Part shown: positions 1-8,534 of the stretch, piece after piece
Layout of the letters: each line of letters begins with the position of its first letter
Numbering within the stretch: position 1 is the stretch's first letter
Assembly (NCBI RefSeq): GCF_001598795.1
Contig: NZ_BCZP01000012.1
Span: forward strand, 90,001 to 122,000
DNA length: 32,000 bases
Direction: 5' to 3'
Origin: Delftia acidovorans NBRC 14950
GTDB taxonomy: Bacteria > Pseudomonadota > Gammaproteobacteria > Burkholderiales > Burkholderiaceae_C
Made by a program: the position numbers and the translations under genes
The notes under the pieces: generated by a model
What the model was told of the DNA's origin: nothing
Seen by the model: the letters and a program-made list of their open reading frames with translations, nothing else
Databases searched by the model: none

Positions 1-2194
1 CGTTGGTCTGGAAGCTGGCCAACATGCTGGCCAGCTCGGGCGTCTGCATGGCCTTGGCCATGAGGGCGCCCTGGGCCTGCACCAGCGCCTCCAGGCCCAG
101 GCCCGCGCGGTCTTCGATCTGCATCTTGAAACCGCCCATGCTGCCCAGGCCCGGCACGGGCGGCGGCGGAAACATGCCCAGAAAACCGTCGGGGATCTGG
201 CTGAACCGGCCCATCAGTTTCCCCGCGATGGCATTGGCGGACAGCGATGGGTCCTTGCGCTCGGCAAAGGGCTTGAGCATGGCGAACATGACGGCCGAGT
301 TGGGCACGTTCACGAAGCCGTTGATGGACAGGCCCGGGAAGGCCACCACGCTCTCCACCCCGGGCTCGGCCAGCGCGATCTCGGACATCTGCTTGACCAC
401 GGCCTCGGTCCGGTCCAGCGAGGCCCCGGTGGGCAACTGGGCGATGCCGACCAGGAAGTACTTGTCCTGGGCCGGAACGAAGCCACCGGGCACCTGCTGG
501 AAGCCCAGCCAGGCCAGGGCCACGAAGCCGCCATACAGCAGCAGCACGATGGCGCTGCCGCGCACTGCGCGGCGTACCGTGCCCACGTAGGCATTGGAGG
601 CGCCGTCGAAGAAGCGGTTGAACAGGCGGAAGAACCCGCCGAACACGGCGTCCATGGCGCGCGTGAGTCGGTCGGGCCTTGCCCCGCCGTGGTGGGGCTT
701 GAGCAGGATGGCCGACAGCGCGGGCGACAGTGTCAGCGAGTTGATGGCCGACAGGATGGTCGATATGGCGATGGTCAGCGCGAACTGGCGGTAGAACTCG
801 CCCTGCAGGCCCGACAGAAAGGCCGATGGGATGAAGACCGCCGCCAGCACCGAGGTGATGGCCAGGATGGGACCGGTGACCTCGTCCATGGCCTTGCGCG
901 CCGCGTCGCGCGGCGATTCGCCCAGGGCGATGTGGCGTTCCACGTTCTCGACCACCACGATGGCATCGTCCACCACGATGCCGATGGACAGCACCAGCCC
1001 GAACAGCGACAGCGTGTTCAGCGAAAAGCCGAAGATCTGCATCAGCGCGAAGGTGCCCACCAGTGACACCGGTACGGCCACCAGCGGGATGATGGAGGCG
1101 CGCCAGGTCTGCAGGAACAGCACCACCACGATGACCACCAGCACGATGGCCTCCAGCAGCGTGACGGCCACCGATTGCAGCGAGGCGCGCACGAAGACCG
1201 TGGGGTCGTAGGCGATGCGGTACTCGATGTCCTGCGGGAAGCCCTTTTGCAGCTCTTGCATCCTGGCGCGCACGGCATTGGAGACGTCGATGGCATTGGC
1301 GCCGGGGCTCTGGATGATCTGCATGGCCAGTGCCGGCTCGCCATCGAGCAGGCTGCGCAGGGTGTAGGCGTCGGCGCCCAGCGAGATGCGGGCTACGTCG
1401 CGCAGGCGCGTGACCTGGCCGTCGGCGCCGGATTGGACGATGATGTCGCCGAACTGTTCCTCGCTGGCCAGGCGGCCCATGGTATTGACCGTCACCTGGA
1501 AGGCCGACGAGGTGTCGGGCTGCTGGCCCACCGAGCCGGCCGCGACCTGCACGTTCTGCTCACGGATGGCGGCGACCACATCGCTGGCACTGAGCCCGCG
1601 CGTGGCCACCTTGGCCGGATCCAGCCACACGCGCATGGAGTATTCGCCCGCGCCCCAGACCTGCACATCGCCGATGCCGGGCAGGCGCGCCAGTTCGTCG
1701 CGCACCTGGCGCAGGGCGAAGTTGGACAGGTACAGCGGGTCGTAGCGCTTGCCGGGCGAGACCAGGTGCACCACCATCAGCACGTCGGGCGAGGTCTTTT
1801 GCGTGACCACGCCGATGCGCTGCACCTCCTGCGGCAGGCGGGGCAGGGCGCGCGAGACCCGGTTTTGCACCTGGATCTGCGCCATGTCCGGGTCGGTGCC
1901 CTGCTTGAAGGCGATGCTGATCGCCATCCGGCCGTCGGTGGTCATCTGGGAGCTCATGTAGAGCATGTTCTCCACGCCGTTGATGACCTGCTCCAGCGGC
2001 GCGGCCACGGTGTCGGCGATGACCTCGGGATTGGCGCCAGGGTAGCTGGCCGTGACCTGCACCGTGGGCGGCGTGACGGCCGGATACTCGCTCAGCGGCA
2101 ATTGCCAGAAAGCGATGGCGCCGGCCAGCAGCATCAGCAGCGACAGCACGATGGCGAAGATCGGCCGCGCGATGAAAAAGCGGGGAAAGTTCAT
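1..2194 (-). CDS. RND (HAE1-type, AcrB/MexB-like) inner-membrane efflux permease. Partial: the N-terminal ~731 codons are present and the 3' end runs off the left window edge.
   Basis: Absent from the supplied ORF track because no stop lies inside the window. Reverse-complement reading from the ATG at 2194..2192 gives MNFPRFFIARPIFAIVLSLLMLLAGAIAFWQLPLSEYPAVTPPTVQVTASYPGANPEV... The frame stays open to position 2 (...ELASMLASFQTN). It contains the canonical LSIGIVVDDAIVVVENVERH segment. The start overlaps the adaptor stop (ATGA at 2191..2194). Confidence 0.9.
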   Translation of the reverse strand, partial: MNFPRFFIARPIFAIVLSLLMLLAGAIAFWQLPLSEYPAVTPPTVQVTASYPGANPEVIADTVAAPLEQVINGVENMLYMSSQMTTDGRMAISIAFKQGTDPDMAQIQVQNRVSRALPRLPQEVQRIGVVTQKTSPDVLMVVHLVSPGKRYDPLYLSNFALRQVRDELARLPGIGDVQVWGAGEYSMRVWLDPAKVATRGLSASDVVAAIREQNVQVAAGSVGQQPDTSSAFQVTVNTMGRLASEEQFGDIIVQSGADGQVTRLRDVARISLGADAYTLRSLLDGEPALAMQIIQSPGANAIDVSNAVRARMQELQKGFPQDIEYRIAYDPTVFVRASLQSVAVTLLEAIVLVVIVVVLFLQTWRASIIPLVAVPVSLVGTFALMQIFGFSLNTLSLFGLVLSIGIVVDDAIVVVENVERHIALGESPRDAARKAMDEVTGPILAITSVLAAVFIPSAFLSGLQGEFYRQFALTIAISTILSAINSLTLSPALSAILLKPHHGGARPDRLTRAMDAVFGGFFRLFNRFFDGASNAYVGTVRRAVRGSAIVLLLYGGFVALAWLGFQQVPGGFVPAQDKYFLVGIAQLPTGASLDRTEAVVKQMSEIALAEPGVESVVAFPGLSINGFVNVPNSAVMFAMLKPFAERKDPSLSANAIAGKLMGRFSQIPDGFLGMFPPPPVPGLGSMGGFKMQIEDRAGLGLEALVQAQGALMAKAMQTPELASMLASFQTN

Positions 2195-3417
2195 TGGCGT
2201 GCCTCCACCCGGTCATTGGCGGCGCCAGCCGCTGCGGGTGAGGCGGCAGCGGAGGCCGTCTGCTGCATGGGGGTCGGGCGGGGCGTGACCTGCATGCCGG
2301 GACGCACCAGCCCCTTGAGGATGATTTTCTCGCCGCTTTTCAGTCCCTCGTCGATCACGCGCAGGCCATCCACCAGCGGCCCCAGCCGCACCGGGCGGTA
2401 CTGGGCCTGGTTGTCCTCTGCCACGACCAGCACATAGTTCTTGCCCTGGTCGGTGCCCACGGCCTGGTCATCGATCAGGATGGCCTCGCGCGCAGCACTC
2501 GTGGCCAGCCTGGCCCGTACGAACAGGCCCGGGGCCAGTACACCCTTGGGGTTGGGCACCACGGCGCGCGCGCGGATGGTGCCGGTGGCGCGGTCCATCC
2601 TGTTGCCCACGAAGTCGAGCACGCCTTCATGGGGAAAGCCCTGGTCCGTGACCAGCCCCAGCGCCACGCGCGGCGCCGCCTTGCCGCCACGCGCCTCGGG
2701 CCGGGCCTGGCGCACGGCCGTGAGATAGGTGGCTTCGTCGATGTCGAAATAGGCGTGCATGGGATCGACCGAGACGATGGTGGTCAGCAGCGTGGCCGCG
2801 CCCGCCGAACCTCCCGAGCTGCCGCCGACCAGGTTGCCCTCGGTCACCAGCACCCGGTCCACGCGGCCCGAGATAGGCGCCGTGATGCGCGCGTAGGACA
2901 GGTCCAGCCGCGCCGCTGCCACGGCGGCCTGGGCCGCCTGCACCTGCGCCTGGCGGGCGTTGTGCGCGGAGACGGCATCGTCATGGGTCTTGCGCGAGAC
3001 GGCGCCCGTGGGCGCCAGCCGTTCGGCGCGCTCGACATCGGCCTGGGCCTGGCTGGCCAGCACCTGGGCCTGGCGCAACTGTGCGGCCGCATTGTCCAGC
3101 GCAACATGGAAGGGGCGCGGGTCGATCTGGAACAGCAACTGGCCCTTGCGCACCAGACTGCCCTCGGGAACGCTCACGGCCTCGACCGCACCGCCCACGC
3201 GCGAGCGCAGCTCCACCGTCTTGGGCGCGGCGAGAAAGCCCGTGAACTCGGCCGATGGCGTGACCGTGCGCGTAATGACTTCGGCCACCGGCACCTGCGG
3301 CCCGGCGGGTGCGGCCGCCTTTGGCTGGTCGCCCGAGGCCTCGCGGGTGGCGAGGGCTATGCCCAGTACCCCCGCCATGGCGCCGGCAAGCGCGGCGATT
3401 CTGATTTTTTCACGCAT
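2191..3417 (-). CDS. RND efflux periplasmic adaptor (membrane fusion protein, MexA/AcrA/HlyD_D23-like)
   Basis: Track ORF 2191..3549, trimmed to the internal ATG at 3417 (MREKIRIAALAGAMAGVLGIALA...), which has an N-terminal membrane anchor. Coiled-coil hairpin and lipoyl-like motifs are present (LLFQIDPRPF, LDLSYARITAPISGRV). It is translationally coupled to the downstream permease. Confidence 0.9.
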   Translation of the reverse strand: MREKIRIAALAGAMAGVLGIALATREASGDQPKAAAPAGPQVPVAEVITRTVTPSAEFTGFLAAPKTVELRSRVGGAVEAVSVPEGSLVRKGQLLFQIDPRPFHVALDNAAAQLRQAQVLASQAQADVERAERLAPTGAVSRKTHDDAVSAHNARQAQVQAAQAAVAAARLDLSYARITAPISGRVDRVLVTEGNLVGGSSGGSAGAATLLTTIVSVDPMHAYFDIDEATYLTAVRQARPEARGGKAAPRVALGLVTDQGFPHEGVLDFVGNRMDRATGTIRARAVVPNPKGVLAPGLFVRARLATSAAREAILIDDQAVGTDQGKNYVLVVAEDNQAQYRPVRLGPLVDGLRVIDEGLKSGEKIILKGLVRPGMQVTPRPTPMQQTASAAASPAAAGAANDRVEARQ

Positions 3418-3548
3418 GGAAGTGCCCCTTTCTCGGCTGCAGGGCCCCGGACCATCCGGCGCGTCGCTGCATCGACATGCGCAAAGGCTGGGGCTTACAA
3501 CGGCGGCAAGGTCAAGCTTTGCCAAAAGAACTCCGGGCCGCGAGGGCA

Positions 3549-3580
3549 CTTGACCTTGACGTTGTGTGAAGGATCAAGCT
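3549..3580 (+). promoter_or_regulatory. Candidate MerR/CueR-type promoter-operator: -35 TTGACC, 19-nt spacer, imperfect dyad
   Basis: The sequence is CTTGACCTTGACGTTGTGTGAAGGATCAAGCT. TTGACC lies at 3550..3555, followed by a 19-nt spacer and a weak -10 (CAAGCT). A 21-bp imperfect dyad, ACCTTGA-N7-TGAAGGA, has the same geometry as the E. coli copA CueR box ACCTTCC-N7-GGAAGGT. It sits about 70 nt upstream of the cueR-like ATG. Called by eye only. Confidence 0.35.
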
Positions 3581-3647
3581 GTGCACGCCGTGAGGCTGGT
3601 CCTGCGGGGCAGGCCACGCCACGGCACTTTGAAACAGGAGATAGACC

Positions 3648-4148
3648 ATGAACATCGGAGAAGCCTCCAAGGCATCTCGTATCTCGGCCAAGATGATTCG
3701 TTATTACGAGCAGATCGGGCTGATACCCCCGGCGAATCGCTGCGAAGCGGGCTACCGCGTCTATGGCGGTCCCGACATCCTGCGGCTGCACTTCATCCGC
3801 GGCGCGCGCGACTTCGGCTTTTCGGCGTACGAGATAAAGGACCTGCTGGACCTGTGGACCGATCCATCGCGGCGCAGCGCGGACGTCAAGCGCGTGGCCG
3901 AGCAGCACATCGCGGCGTTGGAGCAGCGCATCGATGACATGCGGCAGGTGGCCTCGTCCCTGAAGGCGCTGACCAGATCCTGCGCAGGCGATCAGTCGCC
4001 GGCCTGCCCTATCCTGCAGGGACTGCAGCAGCCCGATAGCGGCAAGAGGGAACCCTCGCGGCGCACAGGCGCCGTACCGCGCAAGAACCACCCGCATGCG
4101 TGCGGCAAGACGAACGAAGTTGCGGGCCGCTGCGCCTGCCCGCACTGA
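3648..4148 (+). CDS. cueR: MerR-family Cu(I)-responsive transcriptional regulator (CueR/HmrR-like) with an extra Cys/His-rich C-terminal tail
   Basis: The N-terminal HTH is MNIGEASKASRISAKMIRYYEQIGLIPP. The CueR-type metal loop is CAGDQSPACPIL (C-x7-C-P). A CAGGAG Shine-Dalgarno sequence lies 7 nt upstream of the ATG at 3648. The tail ends in HPHACGKTNEVAGRCACPH. Confidence 0.85.
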   Translation: MNIGEASKASRISAKMIRYYEQIGLIPPANRCEAGYRVYGGPDILRLHFIRGARDFGFSAYEIKDLLDLWTDPSRRSADVKRVAEQHIAALEQRIDDMRQVASSLKALTRSCAGDQSPACPILQGLQQPDSGKREPSRRTGAVPRKNHPHACGKTNEVAGRCACPH

Positions 4149-4164
4149 AGGGAGGGCCGCCACC

Positions 4165-4503
4165 ATGCCACAACTGACCGTGATCGCGCACGCCGAACTG
4201 GCCCCGGAGGGGGCGGTGTTGCAGGTGCCTGCGGGCACGTCGATCTGCGAAGCCCTGCTGGACCACGGCATTGCCATCGAGCACGCCTGCGAGCAGGTCG
4301 GCGCCTGCACGACCTGCCACTGCATCGTGCGCCAGGGATTCGGCTCCTTGAACGACGTCGAGGAGCAGGAGGAAGACATGCTGGACCGGGCCTGGGGGCT
4401 GCAGGCGCAATCGCGCCTGAGCTGCCAGGCCATCGTGGGGCGGGAGGATCTGACCGTGGAGCTTCCCCGCTACACGATCAATCACGCCAAGGAGGGCCGG
4501 TGA
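4165..4503 (+). CDS. fdx: ISC-type [2Fe-2S] ferredoxin (Fdx-like), 112 aa
   Basis: Track ORF 4096..4503, trimmed to the ATG at 4165, which is preceded by GAAGGGAGG. The sequence MPQLTVIAHAELAPEGAVL...IEHACEQVGACTTCHCIVRQGF...EDMLDRAWGL...SRLSCQA...PRYTINHA closely tracks E. coli Fdx. The cysteine spacing is C-x5-C-x2-C-x35-C. Confidence 0.85.
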   Translation: MPQLTVIAHAELAPEGAVLQVPAGTSICEALLDHGIAIEHACEQVGACTTCHCIVRQGFGSLNDVEEQEEDMLDRAWGLQAQSRLSCQAIVGREDLTVELPRYTINHAKEGR

Positions 4504-4585
4504 CCCTCCGAGGAGGCTGGCGCGGGGCTCGCGTCCGTGGGAGGGCCGCAATCCATCGGCCTTGCCGACGGATTGCGGCGGCGTG

Positions 4586-4780
4586 TCATCCCTTGCCTGG
4601 CGGGTAGCCCGCCTGGCGCAGTGCGGTGGCGATCTGCTCCTCGGTGGCGCTGGTCTGCACCTCCACCCCACGGGTCAGCGGGTCCGTGGCCACCCTGGCA
4701 TCCGGATCGACGGTCTTGATGGCCTTGGTCACGGAACGGGCGCAGCCGCCACAGGTCATGTCTTCAAGAAAAAACTGCAT
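4586..4780 (-). CDS. copZ: Heavy-metal-associated (HMA) domain copper chaperone, CopZ-like, 64 aa
   Basis: Track ORF 4586..4822, trimmed to the ATG at 4780 with an AAGGAG Shine-Dalgarno sequence upstream. It contains the MTCGGCA metal-binding motif (M-x-C-x-x-C). Confidence 0.8.
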   Translation of the reverse strand: MQFFLEDMTCGGCARSVTKAIKTVDPDARVATDPLTRGVEVQTSATEEQIATALRQAGYPPGKG

Positions 4781-5091
4781 GGAAAACTCCTTGGGAGTTG
4801 AAGGTCCATGCAGTCTGGGCATTGCTACGGTGGGAAGGTCAAGTCCTCAAGCTGGATTTCCCTGTCGGTACAAACACTGGCGCCTTGGCGCTTGCATGAC
4901 TTTGCGAGACCGCCTCCCCGTAAGCTGGCGCGGGCGCGGACCCCGGCGAGACCCGCTGGACGCTGCAGCGCAGCAAAACTTGTCCCGACCGGGACAGCTT
5001 GCACCGCCAACGGCATGGCGCTGCCGGTCAAGCCTTCCTAGAATGGAAAAAGCACGTCCGTACTATTTGCTTAAACCTCAGGAGACATTGC

Positions 5092-7191
5092 ATGACGGCT
5101 GAATACAAGGTCGACGGCTCGGTTGCCGTGATCACGCTCAACAATCCCCCCGTCAACGGCCTGGGCCTTTCCACGCGCCGCGGCATCGTCGAGGGGCTGG
5201 ACAAGGCTTACGCCGACCCGGCCATCAAGGCCATCGTCATCACGGGTGCCGGCAAGGCCTTCTCGGGCGGTGCCGATATCAACGAGTTCGGCAAGGAAGA
5301 GGCGTATCGCGAGCCGCACCTGGTCTCGCTGATCAACTCGCTGGACCAGGGCAGCAAGCCCGTGGTGGCCGCCATCCATACCGTCTGCATGGGCGGCGGG
5401 TTGGAGCTGGCGCTGGGCTGCAACTACCGCGTGGCCGCTCCCGGCACCCTGGTGGCCCTGCCGGAAGTCAAGCTGGGCCTGCTGCCCGGTGCAGGCGGCA
5501 CGCAGCGCCTGCCGCGCGTGCTGGGCGTGGAGACCGCGCTGAACATGATCGTCAGCGGCGAACCCGTCAAGAGCGAGCTGCTGGCCTCCATCCCCGGCCA
5601 GAAGCTGTTCGACAAGATGGCCGCTTCGCCCGAGTCCCTGCTGGACGAGGCCAAGGCGTTTGCGCTGGAAGTGGCCGACAAGCGTCCGCTGCCGCGCGTG
5701 CGCGACCTGCCCTGCAAGCATCCCCAGGGCGACGCCTACTTCCAGTTCGCGCGCAACATGGTCAAGGGCATGGCCAAGAACTACCCGGCCCCGGCCCGCT
5801 GCGTGGACACGGTGGAGAACGCCGCGCGCAAGAAGTTCGACGAGGGCATGGTCCTGGAGCGCGATGCCTTCATGCAACTGATGTGGTCGCCCGAGTCGCG
5901 CGCGCTGCGCCACCTGTTCATGGCCGAGCGCGCGGCCTCCAAGATCGCCGACGTGCCCTCGGACACGGCTGTGCGCGACATCAAGACCGTGGGCGTCATC
6001 GGTGCCGGCACCATGGGCGGCGGCATCTCCATGAACTTCCTGAACGCGGGCATTCCCGTGACCATTCTGGAGACCAAGCAGGAAGCGCTGGACCGTGGCG
6101 TGGCCACCATCCGCAAGAACTACGAAGCCCAGGTCAAGAAGGGCAAGCTCACCCAGGAAAAGTACGACCAGCGCATGGCGCTGCTGAGCACCACGCTGTC
6201 GTATGACGCGCTCAAGAGCGCCGACCTCATCATCGAGGCGGTGTTCGAGGAGCTGGGCGTCAAGGAAACCGTGTTCAAGCAACTGGACGAGGTTGCCAAG
6301 CCCGGCGCCATCCTGGCCTCCAACACCTCCACGCTGGACGTGGACAAGATCGCCGCCTTCACCAAGCGCCCGCAGGACGTGGTGGGCATGCACTTCTTCA
6401 GCCCCGCCAACGTGATGAAGCTGCTGGAAGTGGTGCGCGGCAAGCACACCGCCAAGGACGTGCTGGCCACCGTGATGAAGCTGGCCAAGAAGATCAAGAA
6501 GACCGCCGTGGTCTCGGGCGTTTGCGATGGCTTCATCGGCAACCGCATGATCGAGCAGTACTCGCGCCAGGCCGGCTTCCTGCTGGACGAAGGCGCCACG
6601 CCCGCCCAGGTGGACAAGGCCATCGAGAAGTTCGGCTTCGCCATGGGACCGTTCCGCATGGGCGATCTGGCCGGCAACGACATCGGCTGGGCCATCCGCA
6701 AGCGCCGCGCCGTCGAGCGCGCCGACATGAAGTACAGCCGCACGGCCGACAAGCTGTGCGAGCTGGGCCGCTTCGGCCAGAAGACCGGCGCGGGTTGGTA
6801 CGACTACCAGGCGGGCAAGCGCGACGCCATCCCGTCCGAGCTGGTTAACCAGATGATCGAGTCTCACCGCAAGGAGCTGGGCATCACCCCGCGCAAGATC
6901 TCCGATGAGGAAATCGTCCAGCGCCTGGTCTTCGCCCTGGTCAACGAAGGCGCCCACATCCTGGAAGACGGCATCGCCGGCAAGTCGGGCGATATCGACA
7001 TGGTCTACCTGACCGGCTACGGCTTCCCCATCTGGCGCGGCGGCCCCATGCACTACGCGGGTGAGGTTGGGCTGTTCAACGTGGTCCAGGCCATGAACCG
7101 CTTCGCCAAGAACCCCAACGACGACGCCGATTTCTGGCAGCCGGCCCCGCTGCTGGCGAAGCTGGCGGCCGAAGGCAAGCAATTCAGCTGA
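5092..7191 (+). CDS. Bifunctional enoyl-CoA hydratase / 3-hydroxyacyl-CoA dehydrogenase (FadB/FadJ-like), 699 aa
   Basis: Track ORF 4999..7191, trimmed to the ATG at 5092 (CAGGAGA Shine-Dalgarno). A crotonase-fold segment ([24 protein letters not shown]) is followed by a Rossmann motif ([17 protein letters not shown]) and 3-hydroxyacyl-CoA dehydrogenase C-terminal repeats. Confidence 0.9.
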   Translation: MTAEYKVDGSVAVITLNNPPVNGLGLSTRRGIVEGLDKAYADPAIKAIVITGAGKAFSGGADINEFGKEEAYREPHLVSLINSLDQGSKPVVAAIHTVCMGGGLELALGCNYRVAAPGTLVALPEVKLGLLPGAGGTQRLPRVLGVETALNMIVSGEPVKSELLASIPGQKLFDKMAASPESLLDEAKAFALEVADKRPLPRVRDLPCKHPQGDAYFQFARNMVKGMAKNYPAPARCVDTVENAARKKFDEGMVLERDAFMQLMWSPESRALRHLFMAERAASKIADVPSDTAVRDIKTVGVIGAGTMGGGISMNFLNAGIPVTILETKQEALDRGVATIRKNYEAQVKKGKLTQEKYDQRMALLSTTLSYDALKSADLIIEAVFEELGVKETVFKQLDEVAKPGAILASNTSTLDVDKIAAFTKRPQDVVGMHFFSPANVMKLLEVVRGKHTAKDVLATVMKLAKKIKKTAVVSGVCDGFIGNRMIEQYSRQAGFLLDEGATPAQVDKAIEKFGFAMGPFRMGDLAGNDIGWAIRKRRAVERADMKYSRTADKLCELGRFGQKTGAGWYDYQAGKRDAIPSELVNQMIESHRKELGITPRKISDEEIVQRLVFALVNEGAHILEDGIAGKSGDIDMVYLTGYGFPIWRGGPMHYAGEVGLFNVVQAMNRFAKNPNDDADFWQPAPLLAKLAAEGKQFS

Positions 7192-7250
7192 GACGTGCGG
7201 CGCACGAACTTTTTGCGAACCACCGCAAACCCGCCATACAAGGAATATCC

Positions 7251-8426
7251 ATGACATCCGCCGTGATCGTTTCCACCGCCCGCACGCCCCTGGCCAAAAG
7301 CTGGAAGGGCTCCTTCAACATGACCCATGGCGCCACGCTGGGCGGCCATGCCGTGCAGCACGCCGTGCAGCGCGCAGGCGTCGACCCTGCCGCCGTCGAT
7401 GACGTGATCATGGGCTGCGCCAACCCCGAAGGCGCCACCGGCATGAACATTGCGCGCCAGATCGCGCTCAAGGCCGGCCTGCCCATCACCGCATCGGGCA
7501 TGACCATCAACCGCTTCTGCTCCTCGGGCCTGCAGACCATTGCCACCGCATCGCAACGCATCATCGCGGGCGAGGGCGATGTCTATGTGGCCGGCGGCGT
7601 GGAGTCCATCTCCTGTGTGCAGCAGGAAATGAACCTGCACATGATCCAGGACCTGGCCCTGGCCAAGCAAAAGCCCGAGATCTACTGGAGCATGCTGCAG
7701 ACCGCCGAACAGGTCGCCAAGCGCTACGGCATCGGCCGTGACGCCATGGACGAATACGGCGCCGCCAGCCAGCAAAAGGCCTGCGCGGCCCAGGCCGCCG
7801 GCCTGCTGGACGCCGAGATCGCGCCCATTACCGTGACCATGGGCGTGGCCGACAAGGTGCGCGGCCTGATCACCAAGGAAGTGACCTGCAGCAAGGACGA
7901 GGGCGTGCGCGAAGGCACGACCAAGGAAGGCATCTCGGGCATCCGCCCCGCGCTGCCCGGCGGCGTGATCTCGGCCGGCAATGCCAGCCAGTTCTCCGAT
8001 GGCGCAGGCGCCTGCGTGGTGGTCAGCGAGGACTATGCATCGCGCAACAACCTCAAGCCTCTTGGCCGCTTCCTGGGCTTTGCCGTGGCCGGCTGCGAGC
8101 CCGACGAAATGGGCATCGGCCCCGTCTTCGCCGTGCCCAAGGTGCTCAAGAAGCTGGGCCTGACGGTGCAGGACATCGACCTGTGGGAGCTCAATGAAGC
8201 CTTTGCCGTGCAGGTGCTGTACTGCCGCGACAAGCTGGGCATCCCCAACGATCGCCTCAATGTCAACGGCGGCGCCATCGCCCTGGGCCATCCCTATGGC
8301 GTGTCGGGCCAGCGCCTGACGGGCCACGCCCTGATCGAAGGCAAGCGCCGCGGTGCCAAGCGTGTCTGCGTGACCATGTGCATCGGCGGCGGCATGGGTG
8401 CCGCCGGCGTGTTCGAAGTGCTGTAA
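7251..8426 (+). CDS. Acetyl-CoA C-acyltransferase (3-ketoacyl-CoA thiolase)
   Basis: The active-site cysteine region is [11 protein letters not shown]-terminal thiolase signatures are [15 protein letters not shown] and [14 protein letters not shown]. An AAGGAA Shine-Dalgarno sequence lies upstream. Confidence 0.92.
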   Translation: MTSAVIVSTARTPLAKSWKGSFNMTHGATLGGHAVQHAVQRAGVDPAAVDDVIMGCANPEGATGMNIARQIALKAGLPITASGMTINRFCSSGLQTIATASQRIIAGEGDVYVAGGVESISCVQQEMNLHMIQDLALAKQKPEIYWSMLQTAEQVAKRYGIGRDAMDEYGAASQQKACAAQAAGLLDAEIAPITVTMGVADKVRGLITKEVTCSKDEGVREGTTKEGISGIRPALPGGVISAGNASQFSDGAGACVVVSEDYASRNNLKPLGRFLGFAVAGCEPDEMGIGPVFAVPKVLKKLGLTVQDIDLWELNEAFAVQVLYCRDKLGIPNDRLNVNGGAIALGHPYGVSGQRLTGHALIEGKRRGAKRVCVTMCIGGGMGAAGVFEVL

Positions 8427-8431
8427 GTGCA

Positions 8432-8453
8432 GGTGGCGGCTGCGGCCGCCACC
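8432..8453 (+). other. GC-rich intercistronic stem-loop (9-bp stem, 4-nt loop) just after the thiolase stop
   Basis: GGTGGCGGC-TGCG-GCCGCCACC is read directly from the sequence. No adjacent T-tract, so it is not a canonical terminator. It may be an mRNA processing or stability element. Confidence 0.3.
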
Positions 8454-8534
8454 GCCTGTTCCCGTTACTCCTGTTGGCCGCACGCGCTCCCTCTGGCGGC
8501 GCCTGCGGCTTCTTTTTTGATTCCGGACATCACC

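Noticed and set aside
1175-4671. Plus- and minus-strand ORFs 1175..2437, 2629..3651, 3495..4433 and 4009..4671
   Set aside because: They are antisense or out of frame relative to the RND permease, adaptor, cueR and fdx genes. These are shadow ORFs.
4800-4870. Possible CueR operator upstream of the copZ-like gene (minus-strand TTGACCTTCCC...)
   Set aside because: Only one half-site (ACCTTCC) plus a -35-like TTGACC is present. The expected partner arm GGAAGGT at N7 spacing is absent (GCAATGC instead). A GGGAA...TTCCC pairing is too widely spaced. This is not enough to call an operator.
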